Of a DNA stretch of 16,688 nucleotides, positions 16,318 through 16,688 are shown in pieces. Within the stretch, counting starts at the first letter, position 1, and every line of letters begins with the position of its first letter. The position numbers were made by a program, and so were the translations under genes. The DNA comes from an uncultured bacterium (GTDB lineage: Bacteria > CSSED10-310 > CAZUFC01). The notes under the pieces were generated by a model that was given only the letters and a program-made list of their open reading frames with translations, was not told where the DNA came from and did not search any database. The stretch lies in NCBI GenBank assembly GCA_964619725.1, contig CAZUFC010000107.1:1-16688 (forward strand), in the 5' to 3' direction.

Positions 16318-16359
16318 GGTATCGGGATCGGGGTCGCTATCGAAATCGAAATCGAAATC
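16318..16359. repeat. Second (GNNRTC)7 hexamer array
   Basis: ggtatc gggatc ggggtc gctatc gaaatc gaaatc gaaatc, in the same orientation as the 12433 array. Confidence 0.92.
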
Positions 16360-16474
16360 GAAACAAATGCTTACCAGTAAATTTCCGCAAAAATATGTTC
16401 ATTACAAGCCATCACCCCAGTCAATCGAACGGTATCCCAAAATATAAAAATCGCTTCCTCTCTTTTCCTCTTCT

Positions 16475-16598
16475 CTTTTCGCGTAAATTCGCGTGATTTC
16501 GCGGACGGTAATTCTTCTAAAACACTATATTCACTTATAGATGCCGGGCTGACTTTCTTATTTGTCATCCGCGAAACTTCACGAATTCACACGAAAAG
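16475..16598. repeat. Inverted pair of 10-mer tandem arrays
   Basis: Left cttttcgcgtaaattcgcgtgatttcgcggacg versus the reverse complement of the right arm, cttttcgtgtgaattcgtgaagtttcgcggatg: 26/33 identical, with TTCG recurring every 10 nt. Confidence 0.9.
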
Positions 16599-16633
16599 AA
16601 GAGTCGTCGTAAAGGTTTCTGAAGACGGAATAA

Positions 16634-16688
16634 GGGTCTGATCATACCGGGGCTGCACTTCTTTCATAACTTTTGACGGTTTGTTTCG
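16634..16688. repeat. 55-bp direct repeat, copy 2 (runs to the window end)
   Basis: Identical to 16257-16311; both copies are preceded by ACGGAAT. Confidence 0.97.

Noticed and set aside
16519-16546. dif-like 11-6-11 site around CTATA-TTCACT-TATAG
   Set aside because: The arms lack the XerC/XerD consensus (ATAA...TTATGTTAAAT).
16257-16688. CRISPR array
   Set aside because: Only two repeats, at least 55 bp long with a 322-bp interval, far outside CRISPR spacer size; no cas genes.

Overview
Bacterial chromosomal window with no recognisable transposase, integrase, RT, cas, rRNA or tRNA genes. Plus strand: the 3' part of a large fibre-like surface protein (collagen Gly-X-Y stalk, Tyr/Gly-rich solenoid, C-terminal beta domain; open from the window edge to 1706); an uncharacterised 383-aa protein with two tandem HTH-like repeats and a C-terminal PcrA/UvrD-type Tudor-like domain; a ~700-bp AT-rich spacer; and an intact dnaA with a near-consensus sigma70 promoter. 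dnaA overlaps (ATGA) an MltD-like SLT+LysM lipoprotein gene instead of dnaN. Minus strand: a small membrane protein; a three-gene envelope-glycan operon (membrane SAM-dependent/spermidine-synthase-like transferase, GT2, polyprenyl-phosphate glycosylphosphotransferase); an RHH antitoxin-PIN toxin-Smr run; a 90-aa hypothetical protein; and an alpha/beta hydrolase with a consensus sigma54 promoter. The least explained part is the last ~900 bp, which has no convincing gene. It holds inverted pairs of 9-mer and 10-mer tandem arrays, a 6-mer array (a second, same-polarity one lies at 12433), and two identical 55-bp repeats 377 bp apart, each within a predicted hairpin whose pairing survives sequence divergence. 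All family calls come from reading motifs by eye; no database searches were run.
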